Shown: piece after piece, positions 38,180 to 49,749 of the stretch
Position numbering within the stretch: position 1 is the stretch's first letter
How the letters are laid out: each line of letters starts with the position of its first letter
Assembly: GCF_006345805.1 (NCBI RefSeq)
Contig: NW_021836151.1
Coordinates: forward strand, 62,001-126,000
DNA length: 64,000 nt
Direction: 5' to 3'
Source of the DNA: Octopus sinensis
Taxonomy: Eukaryota
Translations under genes and position numbers: made by a program
The notes under the pieces: generated by a model
Database searches by the model: none
Seen by the model: only the letters and a program-made list of their open reading frames with translations
Told to the model about the DNA's origin: nothing

Positions 38180-38838
38180 ACTATAGAGGAAAAAAGTACG
38201 AAATAACAACGTTTTAATGTTTCTGATGGTGGAAAATAAGATTGGTGATAATGAACCTAAAAATGGTTTTCTTCTTTGATTATTGATCATCTTGAAAAAC
38301 TTGAAAAAAATAGGAGATTAATTCCCAGTTACTGAACCAATTGCGACTTGGATAATACACCCTTTTATTCCGGAAACCAATAAATAAATTTACGACAGCC
38401 AAGAAATTAATTTCCAAGAACAGTCGATTGAATTGCAAAATTCGCAGTTTTGGAAGTTGACATTTAATTCACTTTCACTTATGGAATTTTGGATTTCTGT
38501 TATTAATGAATATCCAATCTTAAGTAAAAATGCACTTGAAGTGATAATTCCTTTTCCAACTACTTATTTATGCAAAATTTCAGTGTCTTGTCTTGCTATT
38601 CTGAAGAGTAAAGTTCACAACCGACTTAAGGTTGAAGACGATATGAGAATGGCACTTACAAACATTGCACCAAAAATTGAACAGCTAGTTTCTAAAAGCA
38701 AGACAATAAATATAATACTAACAATAAATATAATGATTTTTCAATTTTGTTAGTTTTTTTATTAGTTTGTTACATGTGGTCCCTAGAAAAATTGAACAGA
38801 CTAAAGTGGTCCCCGGTCAAAAAAATTAAGAAACACTG
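38180..38838 (+). mobile_element. Second hAT 3' fragment (ZBED8/FAM200-like) nested in opposite orientation
   Basis: EFWISV..EYP.LSKNAL..IIPFPTTYLC..S.S.L..LKSK..NRL.VEDDMR.AL..I.P, with a terminal ...gaaacactg. Confidence 0.7.
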
Positions 38839-39027
38839 ATCTAAATGAAGAAAAACGGCGTGATCAAATGAACAAATACCAAAAAATCTCATAATTATAA
38901 AAAGTCATAAAAAAAGTAAAGTTTACTTAAACAATAAGTAAATTTTTACTTAAATAAATCAAATTAAACATTAATTGTGAAATTTGGATATTAAAAAAAG
39001 TCACAATATGTAAAGGATTAAAACGAA

Positions 39028-39527
39028 ACTAGACACCTGCGCACGCTACGCGTGCCAGGGCCTAGCTCCTGCGGAAGGCTATCTATCCTAATATTTGATA
39101 CATTTTTAAGGAGTTATAAATTAGCATTACTGCACGTTAAATTGTCAATTACTCCAAGCATGTAAATTAAGACGTAAATCAATATCATTTTTTATTAACC
39201 AAAACGAAGCTAGATTAGTTTTATATTATAAATCGTCACGCTCCGGCAGCCAGTATCGCGTGCGTGTTGCCAGACGTAAATTAAAACATTAATTAAACAT
39301 ATAACAATATGCACCACAAAGAGCAAGGGAAAAAAAGGCTGAAATCCCTCAAAAGTACAGGAAACTGAACGAATTTTCAAATTCCAAAACATACAAATCC
39401 TCGAACTTCATCCTAGGTGTTCAAATCATTTTACAAATTAAAATCCATCCATTAATCTGAGAGTTACGCTGGAACAAACAAACATACAAACAAACATACA
39501 ACATTGCGCTTTAATAGGTATATAGAT
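39028..39527 (+). mobile_element. Non-autonomous Helentron/Lep1-type element (HINE)
   Basis: 5' ACTAGACACCTGCGCACGCTACGCGTG palindrome, 3' ACAAAC/ACATAC microsatellite and terminal TATATAGAT. Confidence 0.6.
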
Positions 39528-39920
39528 TATATACAAAACCAGAATTTAGAATTAAAGATAGAATAGATTAATTGCGAACTCTAGAGATGATTTAATCCTC
39601 AGGTAGTATGACTTTTAATAAAACAGATTAATTAAAAATAATAGAGAAAATTGACTATAAAACAAAAAATATGAACAAAACTAAAGAAAACACAGCACGA
39701 TTATAATTTATTATAATTGTTTCATAATAAATAATTTTTAAGTTAAAAATTAAAAAATAAGTAAATATAGATCTTCATGCGGCGCATTTTATATCGTCCC
39801 GCGGCACAAAAATGTGCCGCGGCGCAGTGTTTGAAAACCTCTGGTTTATGCTAAATTCATTGAATGGCAGTTTATTAAATGAATGTAGTAAACTTAAAAA
39901 GTAAATCAGGAGATCAATCT

Positions 39921-41277
39921 GGCGATATCGTGTTTTAGCGTCTTAAAATCATAAGGGACCAATTTTGATTAGAAATCGCAAATAAATTAATATTATTATA
40001 TTATTTTTAAAAATTATTATAATTATCAAAATAATTATTATCTGCAACGCTTTATCAGTATTTTTGAATGATGTCTCGTGGAAGGCCGTCTGCATCGACT
40101 ATTATTGTTAATAATACTCAACCAACATATGATTTGTTACTATTTGAATTGAATCACCGAGATTTTGTGGAAATAACAATGACCACGCAAGATACGGTCA
40201 ATTGGTTGGCTCAATATCAGCTAATCAAAAATTCGATGAAATGCGAAAACTGCAGCACGGATTGCCGTCTTCTTTCAGACAAATCCCGACTCGAAAATTA
40301 AAATGGAAATGTAAAACATGCAATTTCTCAAAATCGATTCGAGATGGCAGCTTTTTCTCACATAGTCATTTTGAATTGAAGGAAATTTTGGACTATATCT
40401 ATTTTTGGGCACTCAATTCAGAAACGATTATCTGCAGCAAAGAAACTCGATCAGACTTTAAAAAACATCAATTGATTGGGGCAACTTTTTACGTGATGTA
40501 TGCGTAAAGTGGGTCGAGGACCATCCTTGTTCTCTCGGTGGAATTAACCCAGAAACTATGTTGCCAATTGTCGTAGAAGTGGATGAAACAAAATATTTTC
40601 ATCGAAAATACGCAAGAGGTACCTGGCACGAAGGGCATTGGGTTGTTGGTGGAAAAGAGAGGGGCAACCCTAGGAATATTTTTCTGGTCGAAGTTCCTGA
40701 TCGGAGTCGAGACACGCTGATTCCAATAATCCAAACTCATGTACAGACCGGATCGATTATCTGTACGGATTATTGGCCAGCCTACAATAGAATCGAATTG
40801 TTAGGATATGCCGATCATTTAAGAGTCAACCACAGCCGCAATTTTGTTGACCAGAACAATCGCTCCACACATACGCAGGGAATCGAGTCATTGTGGTCTC
40901 ACGCCAAGAAAAAGCTAAAAAGGATGAATGGAACATCCCGTGTTCTTTTTAATTCTTATCTGGCGGAATTTGAATGGCGGTGGAGAAATGATACGTATCC
41001 CTGTGGAGGCGGGAATGCATTTATTAAAATGTTAATAACTATTAATTCTCAGTATCCTTTGTCTTAATAATTCGAGTTTTTCACTGTTTTCATGTTTTAC
41101 TAAGTTACTGTAAAAATGTAGTTTTAAAAAAATTTAAATTTAGGGTTGCCACAGTATTGTACATATAAATTTAATTATAATAATTTTTAAAAAATAATAT
41201 AATAACATTAATTTATTTGCGATTTCTAATCAAAATTGGTCCCTTATGATTTTAAGACGCTAAAACACGATATCGCC
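39921..41277 (+). mobile_element. Merlin/IS1595-family DNA transposon
   Basis: About 105-bp TIRs starting GGCGATATCG, with a perfect 9-bp TSD gatcaatct (39912-39920, 41278-41286). Transposase motifs VEVDET, G.WV.GG.ER, I.TD.W.AY, VNHS..FV, HTQGIESLW. Frameshifted. Confidence 0.93.
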
Positions 41278-41356
41278 GATCAATCTTTATCAGATGTCTT
41301 CTTCGGTGATGGGAGGCGACAAACAAAAAAGATTGTGTTCAATAAGACTATATGAT

Positions 41357-41750
41357 ACCCGTACTCGTCGGGGAAGGCCCTCGTATGGGATGTTACCGCT
41401 GTGGATACCTTTTCAAAATCGAGGATCCATTCTTCCGCCGCAAACCCTTGTTCGGCTCCAAACCACGCCGAAAAGATGAAACCAAAAATATTCTTCGCTC
41501 GCGGACCGCTACCTCCTCGCGGACTGCTACCTCGTTACGGCAATCGCCCTGGAGCTGCGGGAAAGGAGACTGACTCGTTCCTCAAAGAGGTCGGGCAGTC
41601 CATCGGGAGGAGGCTCAAGGACACGAGAGAGGGCCTCTGGTTCCGCCAGCGCATCGGCCTGGCCATTGTACGGGGTAACGCACACTGCGTCCTTGCCGCT
41701 GGGACTTAACGATTTTCGTTGTCTTATTTAAATTTAAACTATCAAAAAAA
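41357..41750 (+). mobile_element. CRE-clade retrotransposon 3' fragment
   Basis: GKALVWDVTAVDTF...QRIGLAIVRGNA, short poly(A), 13-bp TSD aagactatatgat at 41344-41356 and 41751-41763. Confidence 0.87.
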
Positions 41751-41927
41751 AAGACTATATGATCTTACTTCAGTTAAAAATCAGAATTCCTGTCTCAGTA
41801 TTTCTCGCCACTATAAATGTTTAAAGTAACTCGGAGTAATCCCACGAGGACCACTCTCTTGTATATCTAATTAAAGTATGTTACTGTGATTTTATTAAAA
41901 TTAATAAATAACAATCATCACCTGAAT

Positions 41928-42210
41928 TCACACAAACAAAAAGTATAGAAATTAGGTATTTTGGAAAATTTACGACGAAAGAGAAGAAAATCGGGGTTCT
42001 ACAAATAAAATAGTATGAATAGACCGGATCTATATATCATGTAATGTTCCCACCCGCGACTCTGATTTACACCCAAAGACCTCCATTCTGATTCTGTGAG
42101 TAGTCTCATGTGAGAAATTCCGGAAGAGTTGGGATGTATATCATAAGTTACAATAAATTACAAGATATCATTTGAATACAAATTTAGTAGATGGTTATAT
42201 TTATCAAGAT
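41928..42210 (-). CDS. CKS1: CKS (cyclin-dependent kinase regulatory subunit)-like gene or pseudogene; 5' end uncertain
   Basis: RLLTESEWRSLGVNQSRGWEHYMIY, a 26-nt intron (41999-42024), then EP.FLLFRR if one C is removed from the run at 41993-41996. Confidence 0.7.
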
Positions 42211-42694
42211 ATATAGTGGAATAAAAAAATGGGAATAATTCCCCAAATAGATGAAACAATCAGAAACAAGTGTACAAAAATGTAAGTCACCAACCAGTAC
42301 AAGTCACTGACCTCAATATTATTAAAATAAAATGGATGATTCTATTTGAACATCTGTTTATGGATATCCGGATTGTTGTTATTCATTCATGACTTGTGAG
42401 GTACACTAATCAACGATTCCCGTCTGAATGATCACATTACAACAACGCCCTCCTATGTATTAACCTAATTCATATATAATTAACATTCCAAAAACATTTT
42501 TGCAAAGCCAGTGAGATTGCCTTATAAACCTCTGGAATCGTCTGCAAGGTTGTGACTTGACAATGGTAAGAAATGTGTATTTGTTAAGTTGGTTTTTTAT
42601 CGGAAGTATGCCTGGAAATTACGAAAGTAAAAATTCTAAATTAAGAATTTTTATTAAAACTCAACGTTAAATATTTTTTGGTTTTTTTACGGTA

Positions 42695-43378
42695 ATGAAT
42701 TCCTATTTTGATAAAAATGATAGTTCTCAAATTATTGAAAAAGAAAATCTTGAATCGACAACTGAAATAAAAATCAAAGAAAATAATGTAAACTTGTCTT
42801 TTATAGATGTCAATGTTACTGAACAAATTATAAATCAAAAACCAACTTCTAATATTGAACAAAATTTTTACGATTATTTTCCCGAATTTGAATCTCTTTT
42901 AATCAGAAAAATGAATCTTTACAAAATCGAATTTGAAATTGAGCCTTACTTGTCGGTGCCTCTCATTACCCCCAAATACGTTCTTAAAATTATCAGAAAT
43001 GATTTTGGAGATGTGTTTCGTAACTACAACATTTTCGATTGTCGCTCAGTAGAGGAGTATGAAATGGGGCACGTCGTTGGTGCAAGTTTAATGTCAGAAC
43101 GTGCAGCAAGAAAGAAATTCACATTAGCTGGAAGCAATTCTATTCTTATTTTTTATTGTGAATTTTCGTCGAAAAGATGCAAACAAATTATTTCAATCAT
43201 TCAAAAAGTTAACACAAAAGGAATTCGGGAAGGAAAATCTTTATTATATCCCAATTTGGCAATTATAGAAGGAGGATATTGTAATTTCTACAAACAATAT
43301 CCCCACTACTGTGATCCAAGAGGATATCTTACTGAGCAAGAAGCCTACAGAAACTATTTGATGAAAAACAAATTTTAG
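42695..43378 (+). CDS. CDC25: CDC25-like rhodanese-fold phosphatase (may have upstream exons from about 42230)
   Basis: IFDCRS.EEY..GH..GA, IFYCEFSSKR (CX5R loop), LYP...IIEGGY.NFY..YP.YC.P.GY. Confidence 0.82.
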   Translation: MNSYFDKNDSSQIIEKENLESTTEIKIKENNVNLSFIDVNVTEQIINQKPTSNIEQNFYDYFPEFESLLIRKMNLYKIEFEIEPYLSVPLITPKYVLKIIRNDFGDVFRNYNIFDCRSVEEYEMGHVVGASLMSERAARKKFTLAGSNSILIFYCEFSSKRCKQIISIIQKVNTKGIREGKSLLYPNLAIIEGGYCNFYKQYPHYCDPRGYLTEQEAYRNYLMKNKF

Positions 43379-43650
43379 TAGAAAATGTATGAAAATTGAA
43401 CTTTTTTAAAATAATAATATTTTGCTATTAAACGTTCGATGATGCTCACCTAAGTCCGTTTTAAGTAGGACTGCGCCTATTTTAGTATCTCCTCTTCTAC
43501 TTAAGGATTTCAATATCCCATCCGACAAGCGATACTTACAGTAAACATAAATGAAGCATGGGACGAAATATCAGAAAACCAAAAAACAACAGAAAAATAA
43601 TGCAGTCTACTTTGATGGTGGTAAAAAGACATAAAAAGTATTTCATAGAT

Positions 43651-44543
43651 TTAATCGACATGAGTATTCGTCTGTTTGGTACTCCGTCTTTTGCTCTGCT
43701 TAGAATCCTTTTTGGCCGGGATTGCCTGCGAGTTGAGAACTGATAATCAACTGATTTCATTGCGATCGTATCCTGCCGACAGTGAATCCCCTCTTTCTGC
43801 AAATGTGACTCAATGGCCATTTCGTCGCATCCCTCGACACTCACAGTATTCCACAACTGCATTATCTCTAACATTCCGGCCCCCCACAATACCCTCAGAC
43901 ACTGTAACTCGAAACTTTTTGCTTCCTCGGTAAAATAAAGAGACATCCTTGTCAGGACGGGGAATCTGAATGATCACTTCAGTCATATTCCGAATATACA
44001 CACCAAATCTACCTCAATCACGCGATCGGGGTCCTTCATTGACTCCCTCAGTTCTGAGAGCAATATCCCTTCCAATCCCATTTCTGCGTGCTGTTTGATT
44101 TGTTTGAACAAGTCCGTGGCCTTGTTTATGTTGTAAGACGGAACGTAGCTGATTTGGTTGTATTCTCCGATCTCGACTTTGGCGTTGGCAGGAAGGGCCT
44201 CATGGAGTAGCCAATCGCGGTCTCGTTCTTCCAAATCACATTCGAGCCTTTCGAGGATCTCGTCGAGAGTAAAGTCATCTCGATGTCCCTCTTTGTATCG
44301 TTCCTTCATTTTTAATTTGATTATTACTTTTAAATACATGACAATTCGGGCTAATGTTGAAAAACGTTGTTTTTGGCTTATTTTTGGCTTTGCTGTTGCA
44401 AATGAAAAGCGTTCTTGTCCAATTAGTTAATTAAATAAACTATTTCGGGCTTCTTTATTCACCTGGGGAGGGGGAACATCTTTAGAGATAGATTTTGCCT
44501 TTTCGAGGAATTTTAAGCGCTGTTTGTATAAATCCGAAGACAT
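43651..44543 (-). CDS. GTF2E2: General transcription factor IIE beta subunit
   Basis: FSTLARIVMYLK, FTLDEIL, WLLHEAL..N.KVE, GLEGILL, RPDK, QLWNTVSV, KRRSTKQTNTH. Five short introns. Confidence 0.88.
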
Positions 44544-44715
44544 TGAAAACTTGTACAACCAGCACTTGAATTTGTAGCAAATCTATTTTTATTTTTTAAT
44601 TTAACCCGAGAATTATCAACAGTTAATTAGAGTAATTAATTAGGTGATTCCAACAATCCTCAAGATCTTTCTCTTTGTCAGGATGGGGGATCTGAATGAT
44701 CACTTCAGTCATATT

Positions 44716-44952
44716 CCCCTTTAGCTGAAGCTAAAGCTATGGATAATGGATCTGGATAGTCGTGGGTTCGAATCCGAAAGAGGCTAGTTTTTAGCTGGGG
44801 TCAATTCTCGTTATCGTTCCCCTCCCCGCGAGGCGACGAGTACTTCTGGCATGACACAGTTGAAAGTAGGGATCTCTAACCTTCCTTCCGGTCTTAGCGT
44901 TGCTTTATGGGATCCACCATGTCAGTTCAAACTTCCAATCGGATATGGAAAC
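44716..44952 (+). mobile_element. tRNA-derived SINE
   Basis: The head 44716-44783 has an A-box (TAGCTGAAG), a B-box GGGTTCGAATCC and a near-complementary acceptor stem. The body matches the copy at 52885-53072 on the minus strand. Confidence 0.6.
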
Positions 44953-45799
44953 GCTGAGGAGGCACTTAATGCCTACCGAAAAAAGGACTTCTAGAACTCT
45001 GATTCTGGGACATGGTCGTCTCAGTCCGATCATTGTGGGCAAGCTCGAACCTTTCAGAAGGATCTACTTCGCTTGCGACATGAATCGGGGATCACGGGGG
45101 ATTATAATTTACTGGTTTACCCTGGTCCTTTGGTCAATAACATCTCTGAAATCTCTCTCTCAGCTTTTCCCGATGTTGGACTCTGACCCAACGTAAATGT
45201 GAAACGGACGGGGAACAGTTGTCGTAAGGAATAGAATTTTTAAATTTCGCGTCATGTGTTTCACCAGTTGTTACAACTCTGGAGGCACACAGAATGCTCC
45301 TAAAGCATTTGAGAAAAGAACCATAATTAAAATATAGTCATTATTCTGTTGTTTGCCAATGTTGTGGCTTCCAAAAAGTTGGCAAATGAAAGAATAAAAC
45401 ATTTGTTCAAGTTTTTGAAACAAAGTAATCAAGAATATTTGTGGCTGGAATATTTGTCCCTTGTGCCGTGTTCCTTAGCTTACTTTCCGTTAGTCTCAAA
45501 CAGGATTTTCTATTGCATGCATCGAAAGAAGATTAGTTTCACAGTGGAGGTGGTCAGGCTGTTTATTTCAGGCACCCAAATATAACACGCATAGCCTTGT
45601 CTTGTACCTTGCTGACTTTTGGAGGTTAATTTTTGATTTTTAAATCAGCTTTGTGGTTGCCCTACTCATTAGTGAAAAGAATAGGTTTGATTCTAAAAAG
45701 AACAATATTTCGTACATATTGCTTTTTTACTTCCTTAATTTCTTTTCTAATAAGGAAAAATCATTATTAAGAAATGTTACCAATTTGCTCTATACAATG

Positions 45800-46730
45800 A
45801 CAGATCAGACAAATATACGGCATTCGTAAAATATTCGTCGCCAAATTGGATTTTTAAGTATTTTGTATTTCCAAAGTACTAGTGGATTTCGCCCGCAGTA
45901 ACCGGTGGCAAGCTGTGCATCTTAACTCCGCATCGAGGGGTTCATAGCCAGTTTTAAAATTATTGGATCCAAAAACGATTTCAAATATTCTTTACAGGAA
46001 GCTGAAAGGTGTAGAAATTCTGGGCTTTGTGGGTTATATTCATAGATTTCCGCCCTTATTTCATTAAATATTCTTTCAGAATTCATATATCTAACTACAA
46101 AAAGTATTATAGACAAAGTAGTTGAGAGCATGCAAGTAAAAAAGAAAACATGTTTTATGATTTTTTTTAAAAAAGTCCACAGAATATTTCCAAATATGAT
46201 GGATGACCACCGACAATTACAGTCTTTTTGGTCACCCTTAAAGAAAAAAACAGTGCAAAGATCCTATTTAAACAAATCAAATGAATCGAATGTAAGATTC
46301 CTCCTTTGATTTGCCAGCGGATTGAATGAATAATTTGTTAAATCTTCATTAATTGAAATTTTGCGTAGATCAGGAGACATCTGCCCTAGGTTGAATGCCA
46401 GTCAACAACTTATATTTACAACAACAATAACTGGGAATATTATTTTTAATAATGAACTCAAAAGTGACAATCTTGAGTACTTCCATCAAATTATCAAAAA
46501 TCCTATAAACTATAAAAATCATAAGAATCGACTGTAACCCAACCACTGATGACCCATTCATTTGCAAGCAAAAAAGATTTATTAGAGATGCGGCTCTACC
46601 AGCAGCCCTTTATTAAAATTGCTTTTTGAATATCAAAAAACAGTAAAATAACCAGGACAATACATCATACAAGTCTGAGACGAGTTCCATAGTTGAGGAC
46701 TTTTCTTTTTTGTCATTCTACCTTGATGAT
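45800..46730 (-). CDS. Possible multi-pass membrane protein (divergent 7TM-like); boundaries uncertain
   Basis: Hydrophobic exon segments AASLINLFLLANEW (TM3-like), FLFLLACSQLLCLILF and NPLVLW. The exon structure is not fully resolved. Confidence 0.25.
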
Positions 46731-46842
46731 TATAATGATAGCGATAACAATTTTTTTGTAAGCGTCTGTTCAAAAACTTGTGAATAATACAAAATTTATA
46801 TTCGGAAAATTACAAAACAAAAAATATTTGTATAAAAATCAA

Positions 46843-49554
46843 CTACAGGTTATTAAAATTCTTGTTTCTAAAAAAATTTGTAGACAAATGGGAAGTTGTC
46901 TTTGGAGCAGTGGAAAGCGTAGTTTTGCAAGAATAGAAACTGTCATCTGAACATTTGTCAGGAACTACTATAGAATGGTCTGGCTGGGAATTATCGCCCA
47001 TGATTTCCTGGCTTATATGTCCAATTTGTGCATGTTCAGACAAATCCCCAACTTTACTCATGGTCATTTCAGGATCTTGCATAATCATTGAGATTTTACC
47101 TTTATAAAAGTGGAAATATTTTTTGAAAAAAGATAACAATCGAGTTCGGTAACTGACCGGGTCTATTACCGAAATGAATTCCTAAAATACATATAAAATT
47201 TTACTTGATTAAAAACTATATTCTTGAGTTTATTTTCCAAATTTTTCTTTTGTGTATATCCCTGTAGAATATCGACAATCCCCAAACGGATGAGGATTCT
47301 TCTGTTATCCCCAGTCCGCCCAGGAATGAAACAGACACTCAACTCTCGTCTCTCATTCATCACAAGAGCATCAACGTGCTAAAAATGAGTACCAATAACG
47401 TGCCTTATCGCTGTAATCTATCTTACAGTAATGAATACCGACTAGAAGACTGTAGTCCATTATTTTGAAATCTTCCAAAATCTTTAAAATGATATTTTTG
47501 GTCCACCTTTGTGTCTCGTTCGAGAACTAAAAGCAGTCTATCCCAGTACTTTTGATGAATAAATAGTCCTTGTGGGTGTCGTTTAATCAAATCTCCCCCA
47601 CGTAGAGTTGGACATGTTTTTTTCAGTTCTTTTCGATGAGAATAATGGATATTCCCCTTCAAATCGTATTTCTCATCAAGTTTAAAGTCGTATGGAAACA
47701 CGTTGTTCATTGCAGCGAATGTCATTTTCTTGTTATTTCTCTTGAAATGTTACAAAGAGTTTACATTTAAAACGTAAATTCCGTAAAATTTAGGAAAAAG
47801 CGAATCGCTGTTCTCGACAAAATTCTACAATAACAAATACCATTCGAACCAAAGCATAGACCGGCAGGAATCGCATGAATAACTTCAATTCGATTGCTTT
47901 AACCGTTTTTATGCAAATGTGCCCATTTTTGCTAAAGTAAATACTGCAGCCACTTTTAGCTGGATTCGGAAACTTTTCCCACAAACTCCGAATCGAATAC
48001 TTAATTTTAAAACCAATTCAAACCTTATAAAATCCCTTTGAACATTCAAACCGGTGTTGAAGGATGTTGAAGAGCAATGGGGCCACAACGGAGACAAAAC
48101 ATTGAAACCGACAAGACTTGAACACACCCCAGGGGGCATTTCTGTTATTAAGAGAAATATTTTACTTTGGAAATTCGAATTTTATGATTTCTTCGGTGTC
48201 GGATAAAATAAATCTGAATGAGGGTTCAGAGTAGAGTCCTGATTCGTATTTAACCAACGAATAATAAATTGCAGGACCAATAAAACAAAGTAACTGATCA
48301 TTAATGTTCTAAAATAAATATTTGTAAATTTAATACTTGTGGGTCATTGTTTCTATTTTTATTAATGGCTATTTTAATTTCCTTTGAATTGAAATAATCG
48401 TTTATCCAGAAGGCGTCGTGGGTAGATTTGTTTTCCTTTATTTTTTTACAAGTTGTATTTATAATATTTTCCAATTTCTCGTAACAAGTGTCGGAAATTA
48501 GTTTTTGATTAAGAATATATTTGTTCTTCCATTTGTCACGGAGACCTCGATAGTAGATTTTTAAATTTGTTCGAATTTTTTGATAGTTTTTTTTAACAAA
48601 CTTGACAAATTGTTCACATCTGACGATAAAAATCAAATTTTGAATATGATTCGAACATGAATACATATCACTGCCAATTCTGAGGTTGTATTCTGAGTAT
48701 ATCGAAATCGTCTCGGGCCAGAGTCTCGGGAAGGTAAAAAAATCCACTTTGTTTACTTGCTGTTCTTCTAATTCCACCGAAGGAAGTCGATTTCCGGGAC
48801 TTGTCTCATTCCTGGGTTCTGTTAGTTCAAAAATCTGATTCCGAGGTTCTTCGTTACAAAAATCAATCTGGTAATAGAACGAGTTATTCTGGTCCACAAG
48901 TTCCATTTCGTCGTTCATAATGCCAGTTTGAGAAGAAATCTGATTTTCTGGACTTTCTTTCCACTCAATACTTTGGTTATTCAAAGAGATTGGAAAATTC
49001 ACTTTCAGTTGAACATTTGTATTGAAATAGCTTATTTTCAAAGTGGAATCTTCATTTTTATCCATTGTGAATGCAAAAAAACGGAGATCATCGATTTTTT
49101 GAGGTAAACGTAGCACATCACTGATTTTAGCATCTTTTGATTTCGTGAGAAAGGGCATGTCAGAGACTTGATATTTTGAACATCGAGCAAGTATAACTGT
49201 GTTTTGAGGAATCGAATCCATATTTCTAACTGAAACCGGTGAATTGCTTAAGTGCATGTGATTTATAACATTTTTCGTTAAACTGCCAGTTTTTGCCACT
49301 TGAATTTTGCTTGAGTCGAATATCAAATCGATTTGATTAATTTTTTGCTTTTCGACCCAATCATTTTGTTGATCTCGAATGAAGTTAGTATCGGGGGGAG
49401 AAATGCATGTTTGTTCGAAGCAGTTGTTTCCCAAATCAATGCAGTTTATGACATATCTTTCTTTCGGTTCCTCGACTACTTGATATGCCTTACTGCTCTC
49501 GCTCATCAATTTCAAAAATGCATAGCCAATTGGGCTAATATTTTCTATTTCCAT
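46843..49554 (-). CDS. Phosphatidylinositol-phosphate 5-kinase (type I-like) with a long N-terminal extension
   Basis: APLLF, AKSGCSIYFS...IKTV, MNNVFP...KYDLKG, KIMDYSLLVGIH, GIVDILQ.Y..KK.LE. The 417-aa ORF ends in a segment resembling the PIP5K N-lobe. Confidence 0.78.
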
Positions 49555-49749
49555 GTCGGGGTATCTTTCAAATTCATAATTGTAGTTAACTGTCCTGGTC
49601 AGATATCGATAGTCTGCATTTAGTGAGTAAAGTAGAAAAACCTTTCCATTCTCTACAGGACGCAGAAATAAACATGTCTAAGTATATATCTTAAGTTTCA
49701 AACTTGAAAATAAGTCGATTCGATTAGGACAATGATTGGAACATTTCTT

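Larger units (their letters stand above)
37595..39843 (-). mobile_element. Buster/Charlie-type hAT element, internally deleted, carrying nested elements
   Basis: Ends CATAGGTTTTCA and CAGAGGTTTTCA (reverse complement), with GCGGCGCA subterminal motifs. 8-bp TSD gtttatgg/gtttatgc. Dimerisation domain FWIK...FSTTYFCEKGFS at 37703-38023. Confidence 0.8.

Noticed and set aside
21114-41763. Spliced-leader or other sequence-specific targeting by the CRE elements
   Set aside because: The three clear TSDs share only a leading AA. The TCG seen in two is absent from the third.
44716-44783. Functional tRNA gene
   Set aside because: The T-stem and anticodon stem are mispaired, and the downstream body recurs at 52885-53072, so a SINE head is more likely.
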